Shown piece by piece: positions 40,455-54,595 of a stretch of DNA of 64,000 nucleotides. How positions within the stretch are numbered: position 1 is the stretch's first letter; each line of letters begins with the position of its first letter. This DNA comes from Anaeramoeba ignava BMAN (Eukaryota; Protista; Anaeramoebae). Where the stretch lies: NCBI GenBank assembly GCA_028826165.1, contig JAPDFW010000125.1, positions 496,001 through 560,000 of the forward strand. The letters run 5' to 3'. The notes beneath the pieces were generated by a model. It had not been told where the DNA came from and searched no databases. It saw only the letters and a list, made by a program, of their open reading frames with translations. The position numbers and the translations under genes were made by a program.

Positions 40455-43400
40455 TCAAAAATTTTTCAATAAAAATTTTATATTCTCAAACCAACTTATA
40501 TGTTCTGATTCATTATCAAAAGTGATAAATATTTTAGAATGATCTTGATCTTTTTCCAAACAAATTGAACGAAGTTTTGAATTTTGAGAATCACGAACTT
40601 CATAAACTTTTAAATCTTTACTTAAATTAATAATTTCAATAATTTTTTCAAAAGGTTTAATTTTTTGAATTCCAATAAAATTAAGTTTCAAGCAAATATG
40701 TACTTTTTGAGAAATATTTTCAATTCTAAATGTACAAAAACTTTCTAAATGAGATGGAATATGATTTAATTGTTTCCAAGTTTTAATTAGATTTTCATTT
40801 TGATTTTCATTTTCAATTAGATTTTGATTTTCAATTTCATTTTGATTTTCAATTTGAATTTGATTTTGAATTTGATTTTCATTTTCATTTTCATTTTGAT
40901 TTTGATTTTGAATTTGATTTTCATTTTGATTTTCAATTTTAATTTCATTTTTAATTTCAAATTGATGTGAATCTGAAAAAATAAAATCTGCTTGAAAAAT
41001 TTGTTCCGATTTATCATTGTCTTTAATAATAAAAATATTTTCTTCTTGAATAATATTTTCTTGAATAATATTTTCTTGATTATTTTCTTGAATAATATTT
41101 TCTTGATTATTTTCTTCTTGTTTTAGTTTAAAATGAATTTGTGCATTCTCAATTATTTCTTGATAAAATTGTGGGATATTTTCTAAATTTTGTGCAAAAT
41201 TTTGGATTATAATTTGAAATTTTTGAGCGTTTTGAAATATTTCTTTTGATATTGTTGATAAGATATGAACAGAAGATTTTGGAAAAAATGATGTAATTGG
41301 ATTTATAAAATTGAATATACTGGATCTTAATTCTCTGATAAATTGCTTTGAATCAATATTTAAAGTTTTTTGGTCATAAAGAATGGTTTTATTTTGGTTT
41401 GAGCCTTTAGGAACCTTTTATATAAAATATAAAATTTAAAATATAAAATTAAAATTTAAAATATAAAATATAAAATATAAAATATAAAATATAAAATATA
41501 AAATTTAAAATATAAAATATAAAATATAAAATTTAAAATTTAAAATTTAAAATTTGTTTTTGTTAATCAATTATTACAGGATTTGAAGTAAAATCAAAAC
41601 TTGTAAATTTTGGATATTTCCTTTTTGTAATTTCATTGATTGGAGCCATTTCAGGTTTTTCAGGTCCAAATTCATATCCATAACCCCAATGTTGGACTGA
41701 AGAAGAAATACTTAATAAACCTTGAGAAATCATTCGAGAAGGAGGATCTAAAATAAAGAATTGAATTAATTTAAAAATTAATTTAAAAATTAATTTAAAA
41801 ATCGAATTACTCTTGCAAATTCCATATGAATTTGGGGATGTTATTGCTGGACAAAAAAAACGAAGTAACAAAAATCCATTAAGAATATCCTGGAATTTTT
41901 CAGGATAAGTCTCTTGTGAGGCGCAATATAAATGATGGCAAACTATTTTTAAAGGAATTGGTAAATTTGGAATATTTTGAACCAATGAATCCATAAATTT
42001 TTCATAAAAATAAAACAAATTGGAAAAATTTTGTTGCTTTTGTTCTTCTGGAAGATTTAGATCTTCAATATCAAAGCTTTTTTCACATGAATAAATTTCA
42101 TTGATAATAGACCCAAATGTAGTTTTTAAAAAAGACTTTCCGAAATTTTTGGAAAACTTTGAAAGCATTTTGGAAGTTAAATTATTGGCACGAAAAAGTG
42201 TTCCTGATAAAACATTTGTCATGCATTCGCTGAAGATGATTACTTGGAGAAATGGCAATAAAATTCCAAGTCTGTCCAGAATTTTAAACAGAATATTGAC
42301 CAAAATTTCTGGCGGATATTCAAAAACATTTGAATTTGAAACCGCAACAAATAATTCGATCATTTCTTCAGATGGCAAATAGTTTGATATTAATTCATGC
42401 ACTCTTTTGAGTGTTTTTATGTGATTTAGATGATCTATTTGTTTTCTATTTGGATTTTGTAAATTTGGTATTTCTGCCGTTTGTTTGGATTCCTGAATAA
42501 AATTTAAAATGGTATCCATTTTCTGAGAATCAACAAAATTTTTAAACAAAGTATTGATTGTTATTCCAAGAGAGTTTTTGAAGCTGATTGAAACAATCCT
42601 ATCTATTTTCTATAAGTAAAGATGAAAAGTTTTAATATTTTTGTTGTTTTTGGTAATTAATATTTTCTACGCACTTGTTCTGCTTCTTTTTCTTTGATTT
42701 TCTTTAAAAATTTCACCAAATTTTGAGCAAAATGCTCGTTTTGGTAATTTCCGTAAAAATATTTTTGGAAAATCCTTTCAAGAGTTTCAGAAATTATTTG
42801 TTGGTCTTTAAAATAAAATATATAAAATAAATTAATTTTTAAGGAAAATTGTCTTTTTTTTTTTGAAAAAAAAGAGGAAAATTTCGCACTTTGAGATTTT
42901 GATTGAACTATTTTTCGTGAACTAAGAAGATGTGAAAGTTGTGAAATGATTTCATTTTGGAAATTATTTTGGAAATCAATAAAAAACATGAGATTGCAAA
43001 TTGTATAGAATATTGGAGATTCTTCATCAAATTTAAATCCATTATCTTTTAAAACTTGAGAGAGTTGAACAGCATTTAAAAAGGGGTCTTTTTGGTTTTC
43101 TTTTTCGAATGTTTTTTTGATAAATTGAACAAGTATTAAAGCAATTTTACTTGATAAATCTATATGAGTATAATGGAGTATAATTTTTTCAAGTTCAGAA
43201 AAGATGAATAAATGTATTTTTTTGTTTAAAAAGTGCTATTTTTTTTTATAAATTTTGATTTTATAAATTTTGAATTGAATTTATAAATTGATTTGAAATT
43301 TAAAATAAATTAAAAAATTAAACCTCTTTCTGAAATTTATCTTCACCACAAAATATATTTCTTAATTTATTTCCATCTTGTTTATCAAATCTAAAATTTT

Positions 43401-43677
43401 GATCAAGAATTTCAAGAACAGTTTGAAATTCACAATTAATTTCAGATAAATCCATAATTGCACGATTACTTAAATTACTTAAATCAAAACAATTTATTCT
43501 TTGTTCATTAATTACAAATAATGGTGTTTGACTTCTTTTTTTTATTTTCTTTGTTGTTTTTTTTAATTCTGTTTTTATATTTTTTATTTCTTCTTTGCTT
43601 TCATTTATTAAATTAGTTAAAATTTCAATTTCAAAATCAAGTTCTTTTTGAGATTTTTGTTTTAAAGAATTTTCCAT
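40455..43677 (-). CDS. Ras GTPase-activating protein (RasGAP) with N-terminal coiled coil and C-terminal PH-like domain; multi-exon
   Basis: Arginine finger GTLFRANNLTSKML and the signature FLLLRFFCPAITSP. C-terminus ..IFITFDNESEHISWFENIK is a PH-type terminal helix. ATG at 43677. Confidence 0.85.
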
Positions 43678-44057
43678 TTTGTTCTTTTGAAAAAAACAAA
43701 AAACAAAAAACAAATACAAATACAAAAAAAAAGAGAGAAAAAAAATGAAAAAAAAAAATAAAAAACCAAAAAAAAAAAAAGAATTTTTTTTTTTTTGTTG
43801 ATCAAACTTCAATCATTTGAAAAAGAAAAAAAATGGAAAAAAAAAATTATCAAAAAAAAAAAAAAAAACAAATTGTCAAATTTGTTCTGCTAAAAAAAAA
43901 AAAGAACAAACGACAATTATGTTCTCTTTTTTTTTCCTTTTTTTTTTTTTTTTATGAAGAAATATTTATTTATCGCATACCAAATTATTTTAAAAAATGT
44001 TTTTTTTTTTGTTGTTTTTTTGGAAATTCCAATAAACTTTTGTTATGTCGAGATTAT

Positions 44058-47000
44058 TCACAAGTTTTTATTGAAAGCTCTCGGTTCTGAAGTATTCTTT
44101 TTTTCTGTTGGTTTTAAAATCTAAAAAGAAAAATATTAATTAAAAAAAATTAATCAAAAAAAAATTAATCAAAAAAAAATTAATCAAAAAAAAATTAATC
44201 AAAAAAAAATTATCAAAAAAAAATTAATCAAAAAAAAATTATTTACTTGAAATGAACACATTAAAGAATCGTCAACAGTCATCATTGCGCCTGCATTATC
44301 AAATTCCTAAAAATTAAAATAAAAATAAAAATTAAAATTAAAATTATAATTAAAATTAAAATTCATTTATAAAATTATAAATTATAATTAAAATTAAAAT
44401 TCATTTATAAAATTATAAATTATAATTAAAATTAAAATTAAAATTAAAATAAAATTAAAATTCATTTATAAAATTAAAATTAAAATTAAAATTAAAATTA
44501 AAATTAAAATAAAAATTAAAAATTAAAATTATAATTAAAATTATAAATTAAAATTAAAATTAAAATATAAATTAAAATTATAAAATTAAAATTAAAATTA
44601 AAATTAAAATTAAAATTAAAATTATAAATTACTCCGCAATAATTTGGAGCACTAAATACTGTGACTAATTTTCTTTGTGCGAAAAATTCATATCCTTTTT
44701 CAACAACCTAAAAAATTTATAATTTATAATTTATAATTTATAATTTAATTTTTTTAATTTTAAGTGGAAATACTTGATGAGCTCGACAAATTAAATCAAA
44801 ATCATTTGTTTTAAGAAATTCTGCCACAACATCAGCACCAAATGTACAAGATACTCCTCGTTCACTTGGGCCATATCCTTGAACATTTGGTTCAGGATCA
44901 CTCCAAAGAAGATCACAAAGCAATCCTTAATTTTTTTAATTATTTTAATTTGTATTTGAATTTTAATTTTATTTTTGAATTTTAAATTTGAATTTTAATT
45001 TGTATTTGTATTTGTATTTGAATTTTAATTTGTATTTGTATTTGTATTTTAATTTGTATTTGTATTTTAATTTAATTTGTATTTGTATTTGTATTTATAT
45101 TTGTATTTGTATTTGTATTTGTATTTGTATTATTTGTATTTGTATTTGTATTTGTATTTTAATTTGTATTTGTATTTGTATTTGTATTTGTATTTGTATT
45201 TGTATTTTAATTTTAATTTTAATTTAAATTTGTATTTGTATTTGTATTTGTATTTGTATTTGTATTATTTGTATTTGTATTTGTATTTGTTTTAGTATTT
45301 GTATTTTGTATTTTGTATTTGTATTTGTATTTGTATTTATATTTGTATTTTAATTTGTATTTATATTTATATTTATATTTGTATTTGTATTTGTATTTGT
45401 ATTTGTATTTTAATTTTAATTTTAATTTTAATTTTAATTTAAATTTGTATTTGTATTTTAATTTGTATTTTGAATTTTAATTTTGATTTTAAATTTGAAT
45501 TTTAATTTGTATTTGTATTTGTATTTGTATTTGTATTTGTATTTGTATTTGTATTTGTATTTGTATTTGTATTTGTATTTGTATTTGTATTTGTATTTGT
45601 ATTTGTATTTGTATTTAATTTGTATTTGTATTTTATTTTAATTTGTATTTGTATTTGTATTTTAATTTGTATTTTAATTTGTATTTGTATTTGTATTTGT
45701 ATTTGTATTTGTATTTTAATTTGTATTTGTATTTGTATTTGTATTTGAATTTGTATTTGTATTTGAATTTGTATTTGTATTTGTATTTTAATTTTGAATT
45801 TTAATTTGTATTTGTATTTGTATTTGTATTTGTATTTGTATTTGTATTTTAATTTGTATTTGTATTTGTATTTTAATTTTTAATTTTGAATTTTAATTTG
45901 TATTTGTATTTGTATTTGTATTTGTATTTGTATTTGTATTTGTATTTGTATTTTAATTAATTTTGTATTTGTATTTGAATGTGATTTTGAATTGAAAATT
46001 TAAATTAAAAAAAATACCTTCATCAGGAATTTCTGTTGGTCTCATAATACGTTGAATTTGTTCAATTGAGGTTAAATGAGGAGATAATCCACCATGAACA
46101 CAAAAAATTTTATCATCAATAATTGCAGCAAGTGGTAAACAATTAAAGCATTCACCAAAAATTTTCCATAATTTAGTGCTATATCTTTTTTTACCTAATA
46201 AATTTTAATTGCAAATTATATTTTTTATAAATAAATAGAAATAAATATAAATAAATAGAAATATAAATAAATAGAAATAAATATAAATAAATATAAATAA
46301 ATATAAATAAATAGAAATATAAATAAATAGGAATAAATAGATAGAAATATAAATATAAATAGAAATAGAAATAAATAAATAAATAAATAAATATAAATAA
46401 ATATAAATAAATAAGAAAGAAAATAAAAAGGGTTTTAATTTCACAAAAATTATTTTTAAATTAAGAAAATAAGAAGGGTTTTAATTTTTTCGTGAATTAT
46501 TTTTTAAATTAAAAATTGATTTTTTAAATTGAGATTTTAAATTGATTTTTTAATTAGAAATTGGTTGTTTGAATTTTTAAATTGAATTCAAAGTGAATAA
46601 TTTGTAAACTAATTAATTCATAAATTATTGCAAACACAATAAGCTTACATTCTTGAAAAAAGCCATATATCCTATTAATCTGAGAACTCTCATGATTCCC
46701 ACGCAACATGAAAAAATTTTCTGGAAATTTAACTTTGTAAGCTAATAAAAGACAAGCGCATTCAAGTCCATTTGGACCTCTATCGACATAATCTCCTAAA
46801 AATAAGTAATTTGCTTCTGGAGGAAAACCACCATATTCAAAAAGTCGTAATAAATCTTGATATTGACCATGAACATCACCTTTTAAACCAAAAATCAAAG
46901 AATGTGAAGTTTGTTTATTAATTATTATATTAAATTATTATATAAATTATTTTATAAATTATTTTATAAATTATTATAAATTATTATATAAATTATTTTA

Positions 47001-48263
47001 TAAATTATTTTATAAATTATTTTATAAATTATTTTATTAATTATTATATTAATTATTTTATAAATTATTTTATAAATTATTATATTAATTATTATATAAA
47101 TTATTTTATAAATTATTTTATTAATTATTATATTAATTATTTTATTAATTATTATATTAATTATTTTATTAAATTATTATATAAATTATTATATAAATTA
47201 TTATATTAATTATTATATAAATTATTATATAAAATTATTATATTAATTATTATATAAATTATTTTATTAATTATTTTGTAAATTATTTTTATAAATTATT
47301 TTATAAATTATTATATTAATTATTATATAAATTATTTTATTAAATTATTATATTAATTATTATATAAATTATTTTATTAATTATTATATTAATTATTATA
47401 TAAATTATTATATAAATTATTTTTATAAATTATTTTATAAATTATTTTATTAATTATTTTATAAATTATTATATTTTATTTTATTAATTATTATATAAAT
47501 TATTTTATAAATTATTTTATAAATTATTATATAAATTATTTTATAAATTATTTTATTAATTATTATATAAATTTTATATAAATTTTTATAAATTATTATA
47601 TTAATTATTATATAAATTTTTATATAAATTTTTATATAAATTATTATATAAATTATTATATAAATTATTATATAAATTATTTTATAAATTATTTTATAAA
47701 TTATTATATTAATTATTATATAAATTATTATATAAATTATTATATAAATTATTTTATTAATTATTATATAAATTATTATATAGATTAATTATTATATTAA
47801 TTATTATATAAATTATTATATAAATTATTATATAAATTATTATATTAATTATTATATAAATTATTTTATAAATTATTATATTAATTATTATATAAATTAT
47901 TTATAAATTATTATATAAATTATTTTATTAATTATTATATTAATTATTCGGAATGTTAATTTATAGTTGCAATTATAAACGCAACTTTATTTAAACTTTC
48001 AGAAATTTTTAATTTTAGAATTGCAACTTAAAATTTCCAAATTAAAAAATTTTTTTTTTGGAAAAAAAAATAATTGATTTTTAAATACCGCATATTTTAA
48101 TTGGAGCTTCAAGTTCTAAGAGAATAGGTTGACTCAGAAAAATTTCACGTGCTTTTTCACAAAGAGTCCTTATTTCTTTCTCTTTTAATCCAGGGTCTTT
48201 TAACGGTTGTGTATCTTTTATTGCAAGAAGTCTTTTAATAATTGAATCAACGTTGAATTCCAT
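44058..48263 (-). CDS. PP1: Ser/Thr protein phosphatase PP1 catalytic subunit, 7 exons (48263-48089, 46879-46649, 46194-46018, 44925-44774, 44707-44633, 44306-44247, 44120-44058), 310 aa
   Basis: [14 protein letters not shown]|DVHGQ, GDYVDRG, LRGNHE, HGGLSP, DLLWSDP, RAHQ|[17 protein letters not shown]|EFDNAGAMM. Exon lengths sum to 933 nt. Confidence 0.96.
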
Positions 48264-48620
48264 AATTAATTAATTAATTAATTATTTTATTTTATTTATT
48301 TTTTTTTTTAATTAATATTTAACGAAATGAGAAGATAAAAAATGAAAATTGAAAAATGAAAAAAAAAAGATTTTTTCTTCCTTTTTGATTTTTTTTTTGC
48401 TTTATTTATTTTATTTTATTTTTATTTTATTTTTATTTTATTTTATTTTATTTTATTTTATTTTTATTTGCCCAAATTAATAAAAAAAAAATTAAATTAA
48501 AAATTATTTTTCTCCTTTTTTTTTTCTCCTTTTCTTTTTTTTTAAATTTTAAATAAAAAAAAAATTAATTTAATTTTGTATTTTGTAAAGGAAAAGAAAT
48601 TTATAAGATAATTTAGAATA

Positions 48621-49150
48621 AATTATTAATAAATAAAAATAAAAATAAATAAAAGTGGACAAATAAAATTATTTTTTTTTTCCATTTTTTTTTTTAATTA
48701 ATTCTTTAAAAAAGAAAAATTAGTTTTTTAAGTTGATCTCAATTAATAATTATTTATTAAGTTTCTTTAAAAAATTTCAAAATAATTTTCCAAGTGAAAT
48801 TGCTTTAAAATATAAAATAGAAAAGGTTTGATTTTTATTTAATTTTTAAAACAAAAATTAATTTGATTAAATTATTAATAAATAAAAATAAAAATAAATA
48901 AAAGTGGACAAATAAGATTATTTTTTTTTTCCATTTTTTTTTTCCATTTTTTTTTAATTAATTCTTTTAAAAAGGAAAAATTAGTTTTTTAAGTTGATCT
49001 CAATTAATAATTATTTATTCAATTTCTTTAAAAAATTTCAAAACAATTTTCCAAGTGAAATTGCTTTAAAATATAAAATAGAAAAGGTTTGATTTTTATT
49101 TAATTTTTAAAACAAAAATTAATTTGATTAAATCATTAATAAATAAAAAT
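48621..49150. repeat. About 250-bp tandem duplication (two copies plus a partial third) at the edge of the tetraspan array
   Basis: AAAAGTGGACAAATAA...AAGTTGATCTCAATTAATAA...CCAAGTGAAATTGC...GAAAAGGTTTGATT occurs at about 48650 and about 48900. Confidence 0.85.
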
Positions 49151-49405
49151 AAAGAAACGATAAACATTATAAATTGAATTAAGGTTAATAAATATTTTCA
49201 TAATTTATTCTTCTTTTTTTTTAAAATCAATTTAATAATAATATATTATCTAAAAAAGAAAGAAAGAAAGAAAGAAAAAGAAATTTAATAATTAAAGAAA
49301 ATTAAAAGAAAGTTTGAAGAAATAGTAATTTAATGAAAAATTGATGAAAAGAAAAAAGTGGATTTGATGAAAAAAAAAAAAGAAAGAAAAAAAAAATTCC
49401 CCAAA

Positions 49406-49936
49406 TTAATCATCTTTAGCTTTCAAAGCAAAGAAAGCACCAGGTAAAGAAACGATGAAAGCAATAATTGAGAAAGCAGTAGAAGCTGAATAAGACCAAT
49501 GGAAGCCAGGAATATTATTTTTATCTGATTGAAGAGAATTATGAGTATCACTGTTTTGGAATTTACCAATAAAAGCCATAATTGCAATGAAAACGAATAT
49601 TCCACCAGTAACAAAAACTAAATGAGTAATCCCTGATTTCTTGAGTAATAAGAAAAGAGCAGCAACAAAAATGATAAGTGCAATCAAGGTCATTGCAATA
49701 TTAGCACACAATCCATCATAAACATCTTTGTCTGTTTTTTTCCAATCACTTAAACTGGTAGATTGATAATTCGCTCCACAATCAGCTCCAGTACAAACTG
49801 ATTCAAAGTTTCCAAATGATATTCTGGCGTTAACTATTTGAGTATACCAAAATGCTACTAAATAAGGCATAACCCATGAAAGAAAACTTAACACTCCACA
49901 GGCAAGTATTGAAATTAATGCAAGAAATCGAAACAT
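49406..49936 (-). CDS. Claudin/PMP22-like four-TM protein, array copy 1 (176 aa, intronless)
   Basis: Four hydrophobic helices. ECL1 carries W...GNF...C-x4-C (analogue of W-GLW-C-C), and HWSY precedes TM4. Confidence 0.8.
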   Translation of the reverse strand: MFRFLALISILACGVLSFLSWVMPYLVAFWYTQIVNARISFGNFESVCTGADCGANYQSTSLSDWKKTDKDVYDGLCANIAMTLIALIIFVAALFLLLKKSGITHLVFVTGGIFVFIAIMAFIGKFQNSDTHNSLQSDKNNIPGFHWSYSASTAFSIIAFIVSLPGAFFALKAKDD

Positions 49937-50304
49937 TTTCCTAATAAATCAAAATAAAATCAAAAAAATAAAAAAATAAAGATTAAAAAATAGAAGGAAA
50001 AAAATTCTTTTAAAGTGATTTGTAAGGCAAAAAAAATTTTTTTTTAATAGATCTTAAACTTTCTGCTATTTTTTCCTTTTATATTTTTTAATTTATTTTT
50101 TTGACGAAGTGAATTAAATTATTTTATGATTTCTTTTTATTATTCAATTTCTTTTTATTATTTAATTGATTTGGTTAATGAATTAGTTTTATTAGGTTTG
50201 TTGAAGAGAATTTATTTATTTTTTTGGAAATTTGAAAAAAAAATTTTTTTTGATCAATTTTTTTGAACGAAAAAGAAATCTTTTTTTGATAAATTCATAT
50301 TAGT

Positions 50305-52545
50305 ATTGAATATTGAATATTGAATATTAAATATTGAATTAAATATTAAATATTAAATATTGAATATTGAATATTGAATTGAATATTAAATTGAATATTA
50401 AATTGAATTAAATATTGAATATTGAATTGAATATTGAATTAAATATTGAATATTGAATATTAAATTGAATATTGAATTGAATATTGAATTGAATATTAAA
50501 TTGAATATTAAATTGAATTAAATATTGAATATTGAATTGAATATTGAATTAAATTAAATTGAATTGAATTGAATTAAATATTGAATATTGAATATTAAAT
50601 ATTGAATTGAATATTGAATTGAATATTGAATTGAATATTGAATTGAATATTGAATTGAATATTGAATTGAATTGAATTGAATTGAATATTGAATTGAATA
50701 TTGAATTAAGTTGAATATTAAATATTGAATTGAAAATTGAATCGAAAATTGAATATTGAATTGAATATTGAATTGAATATTGAATATTAAATATTAAATT
50801 GAATATTGAATATTGAATTAAATATTAAATATTAAATATTGAATATTGAATATTGAAAATTGAATTAAATATTGAATTAAATATTGAATATTGAATTAAA
50901 TATTGAATTGAATATTGAATTGAATATTGAATATTGAATATTGAATTAAATATTAAATATTGAATATTAAATATTGAATATTGAATTGAATATTGAAATT
51001 AAATATTAAATTGAATATTGAATTGAATTGAATGAATATTGAAATTGAATCAAATATTGAAATATTGAATTAAATATTTGGTGAATATTAAATTGAGTAT
51101 TGAATATTGAAATTAAACATTCGAATATTGAATGAATATTGAATATTAAATTGAATATTGAATTGAATATTAAATTGAATATTGAATTGAATATTAAAAT
51201 TGAATATTGAATTGAATTAAATATTAAATATTAAATTAAATATTGAATTAAATATTGAATTAAATATTTAAATATTGAATAAATATTGAATTAAAATTAA
51301 ATACAAAAAATATTAAATATTAAATCAAATATTGAATTGAATATTGAATACGAATATTAAAAAAAATACGAATCGAATATTGAAATTGGGAATATTGAAT
51401 ATTGAATAAAATCAAAATTGAATCGAATATGGAATGAAATTAAATTGAAAATTAAATATTGAAATCGAATATTGAATCGAATATTGAATGGAATTGGAAT
51501 ATTAAATTGAATTGAATAAAATTGAATTGAATTGAATCAAATATTGAATCGAAATGAATATTGAATATCGAATACGAATAATTGAATATTGAATATTGAA
51601 TATTGAATATTGAATACGAATATTGAATATTTGAATACGAAAATTAAATATTGAATATTAAAAATTGAATTGAATTGAATATTAAATTGAATATTGAATT
51701 GAATATTGAATTGAATTAAATATTTAAATATTAAATTGAATATTGAATATTGAATTAAATATTAAATATTAAATATTGAATATTGAATATTGAAAATTGA
51801 ATTAAATATTGAATTAAATATTGAATATTGAATCAAATATTGAATTGAATATTGAATCGAATATTAAATATTGAATATTGAATACGAATATTGAATATTG
51901 AATTGAATATTAAATATTGAATTAAATTGAATATTGAATCGAATATTGAATATTAAATTCGAATATTGAATCGAATATTGAATTGAATATTGAATATTAA
52001 ACTGAATTGAATATTGGAATATTGAATTGAATATTGAATATTGAAAATTGAATATTGAATATTGAAAATTGAATATTGAATTAAATATTGAATATTAAAT
52101 ATTGAATATTAAATTGAATATTGAAATATTAAAATATTGAATTGAATATTGAATTGAATATTTGAATTGAATATTGAATAATAAAATATTAAATTGAATA
52201 TTGAATTGAATATTGAATTGAATATTGAAATTGAATTGAATATTGAATATCGAATTGAAATATTAAATTGAATATTGAATTGAATATTGAATTGAATTAA
52301 ATATTAAATTAAATATTAAATTAAATATTGAATTGAATATTGAATATTGAATTGAAATTAAATATTGAATATTGAATATTGAATTAAATATTAAATTGAA
52401 TTAAATATCAAATTAAATTAAATATTGAATATTAAATTAAATATTGAATATTAAATATTGAATTGAATTAAATATTAAATTAAATATTAAATTAAATATT
52501 GAATTGAATTGAATATTGTATTGAATATTGAATTAAATTGAAATC
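50305..52545. repeat. About 2.2-kb (AATTG/AATATTG)n satellite with a noisy centre
   Basis: Directly visible. Confidence 0.88.
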
Positions 52546-52682
52546 GAAATTAATTTGAATTTAGATTGGTTTGTTTCTTTTTTATTAACTTCGCCCCAAA
52601 AAAAAATAATAAAAGAAAATTGATGAAAAGAAAAAAAAAATTGATGAAAAAAAAAAAAGAAAGAAAAAAAAAATTCCCCAAA

Positions 52683-53210
52683 TTAATCATCTTTAGCTTT
52701 CATTGCAAAGAAAGCACCAGGTAAAGAAATGATGAAAGCAATAATTGAGAAAGCAGTAGAAGCTGAATAAGACCAATGGAAACTAGAGTCTGCATTATGT
52801 GCATCCTTCAACATTGTATGGTAATTACTGTTTTGGAATTTACCAACAAAAGCCATAATTGCAATGAAAACGAATATTCCACCAGTAACAAAAACTAAAT
52901 GAGTAATCCCTGATTTCTTGAATAATAAGAAAAGAGCAGCAACAAGAAGTATAAGTGCAATCAAGGTCATTGCAATATTAGCACACAATCCATCGTAAAC
53001 ATCTTTATCTGTTTTTTTCCAATCACTTAAACTGGTAGATTGATAACTCGCTGAACAATCAGATCCACTGCAAACTGATTCAAAGTTTCCAAATGATACT
53101 TTGGCTGAGATTCCACTTATATACCATCCAACTAAATAAGGCATAACCCATGAAAGAAAACTTAACACTCCACAAGCAAGTATTGCAAGTAATGCAAGAA
53201 ATCGAAACAT
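52683..53210 (-). CDS. Claudin/PMP22-like four-TM protein, array copy 2 (175 aa)
   Basis: Paralogue of copy 1; intact ORF. Confidence 0.8.
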   Translation of the reverse strand: MFRFLALLAILACGVLSFLSWVMPYLVGWYISGISAKVSFGNFESVCSGSDCSASYQSTSLSDWKKTDKDVYDGLCANIAMTLIALILLVAALFLLFKKSGITHLVFVTGGIFVFIAIMAFVGKFQNSNYHTMLKDAHNADSSFHWSYSASTAFSIIAFIISLPGAFFAMKAKDD

Positions 53211-54595
53211 TTTCCTAATAAATCAAAATAAAAAAATAAAGATCAACAAATTGGGTGTAAAAAGTTCTTTTAAATGAATTTGTCAGGCAAAAAAAATTTT
53301 TTTTATTTAATTTATTTTTATTAATCAATTAATTTTCTTTTATAATCAATTAATTTCCTTTTATCAATTAATTTTCTTTTATTAATTAATTTTCTTTTAT
53401 TAATTAATTTTCTTTTATTAATTAATTTGTTTTATTAGGGGAGTTTTCGAGAATTAATTTTTTTTATAATTTCGAAAAGAATTTTTTTTTTGATCAATTT
53501 TTTTTAAATAAAGACAACCTTTTCTAATAATTTGGAATTTGGAATTAGAAATTATTTTTAAATATGTATTTTTTAATTTATTTGTTATTATTTAAAAATT
53601 GCTTTTAAATATTTTTTCATCCTATCAAAAATTTCTTTTTTAAGAAATTAATTAATCTTTTTAAAATAATTTGTTTTTGATCTTTTTAAATTTCTTTTTA
53701 AATTTCTTTTTAAATTTGTTTTTAAATTTGTTTTTAAATTTGTTTTTATTTTATAAAATGATTGTGGAAAAAAAAATGACTGAATAATCATTAAATAAGG
53801 AAATTAATTTAAAAGAAAAAATTTTTCGAAAAATATTTTGAATAAATTATTCTCAAAAGAATAAAAAAGAATAAAAAGCCACAAATACCATTAATTTTTT
53901 TTTTCCTTCAATTTTTTTTAATTCCATTTTTCATTTTTTTAAATAATTTCTTGTAATTAATTCTTTAATATTTATTAATATTTTCCCTTTTTTTTTATAG
54001 AAAATTAAATTTAATTTTTTCAAATGGAAAAATTTGTTTTGATTTTTTAATTGATCTCAATTAATATTACTTATTAATCAGTTTCTTTTAACAATTTTTA
54101 AAGAGAAAAAGATTTAGAAAGATTTTTTAAAAAGAAATTTAAACAAAACATTTCGAATTTATATAATAGAAAAGGTTTGAAATTTTTATTTAATTTTAAA
54201 AACAAAAACAAAGAAGAAAAAAAATTATTTTTTTCCTTTTTTTTTTGCCATTTTTTATTTTATTAATAATTTAATCAAATTTATTTAATTATTTTTAATT
54301 TATTTTTATTTTATTAATTAAATGATTATTTTGATCTTTTTTTTTCAATCTAAATAAAAATAATAAATACTAAGTAAATAATACCTAATTTATTTGATAA
54401 TAAAAAAAGAGAAACGATAAACATTATAAATTGAATTAAGGTTAATAAAATATTATCTAAGAAAGAAAAAGGAAAGAAAATTTGAAGAAATAGAAGTAAT
54501 TTAATTAAGAATTTGAAAAAAAGTGAATTTGATGAAAAAAAAAAAAATAAGAATGAAATCAAAAGAAATCAAAAAAAAAAAAAAAAATTTCCAAC

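Noticed and set aside
49937-49960. TTATTAG|GAAAATG upstream of copies 1, 2, 4 and 6 as a 5'-UTR intron or trans-splice acceptor
   Set aside because: The AG is absent in copies 3 and 5 and no consistent donor was found; unsupported without transcripts.
51000-52200. Higher-complexity centre of the AATTG satellite as a hidden gene or element
   Set aside because: Variants are scattered single-base changes of the same unit with no ORF; low-quality consensus or decay.
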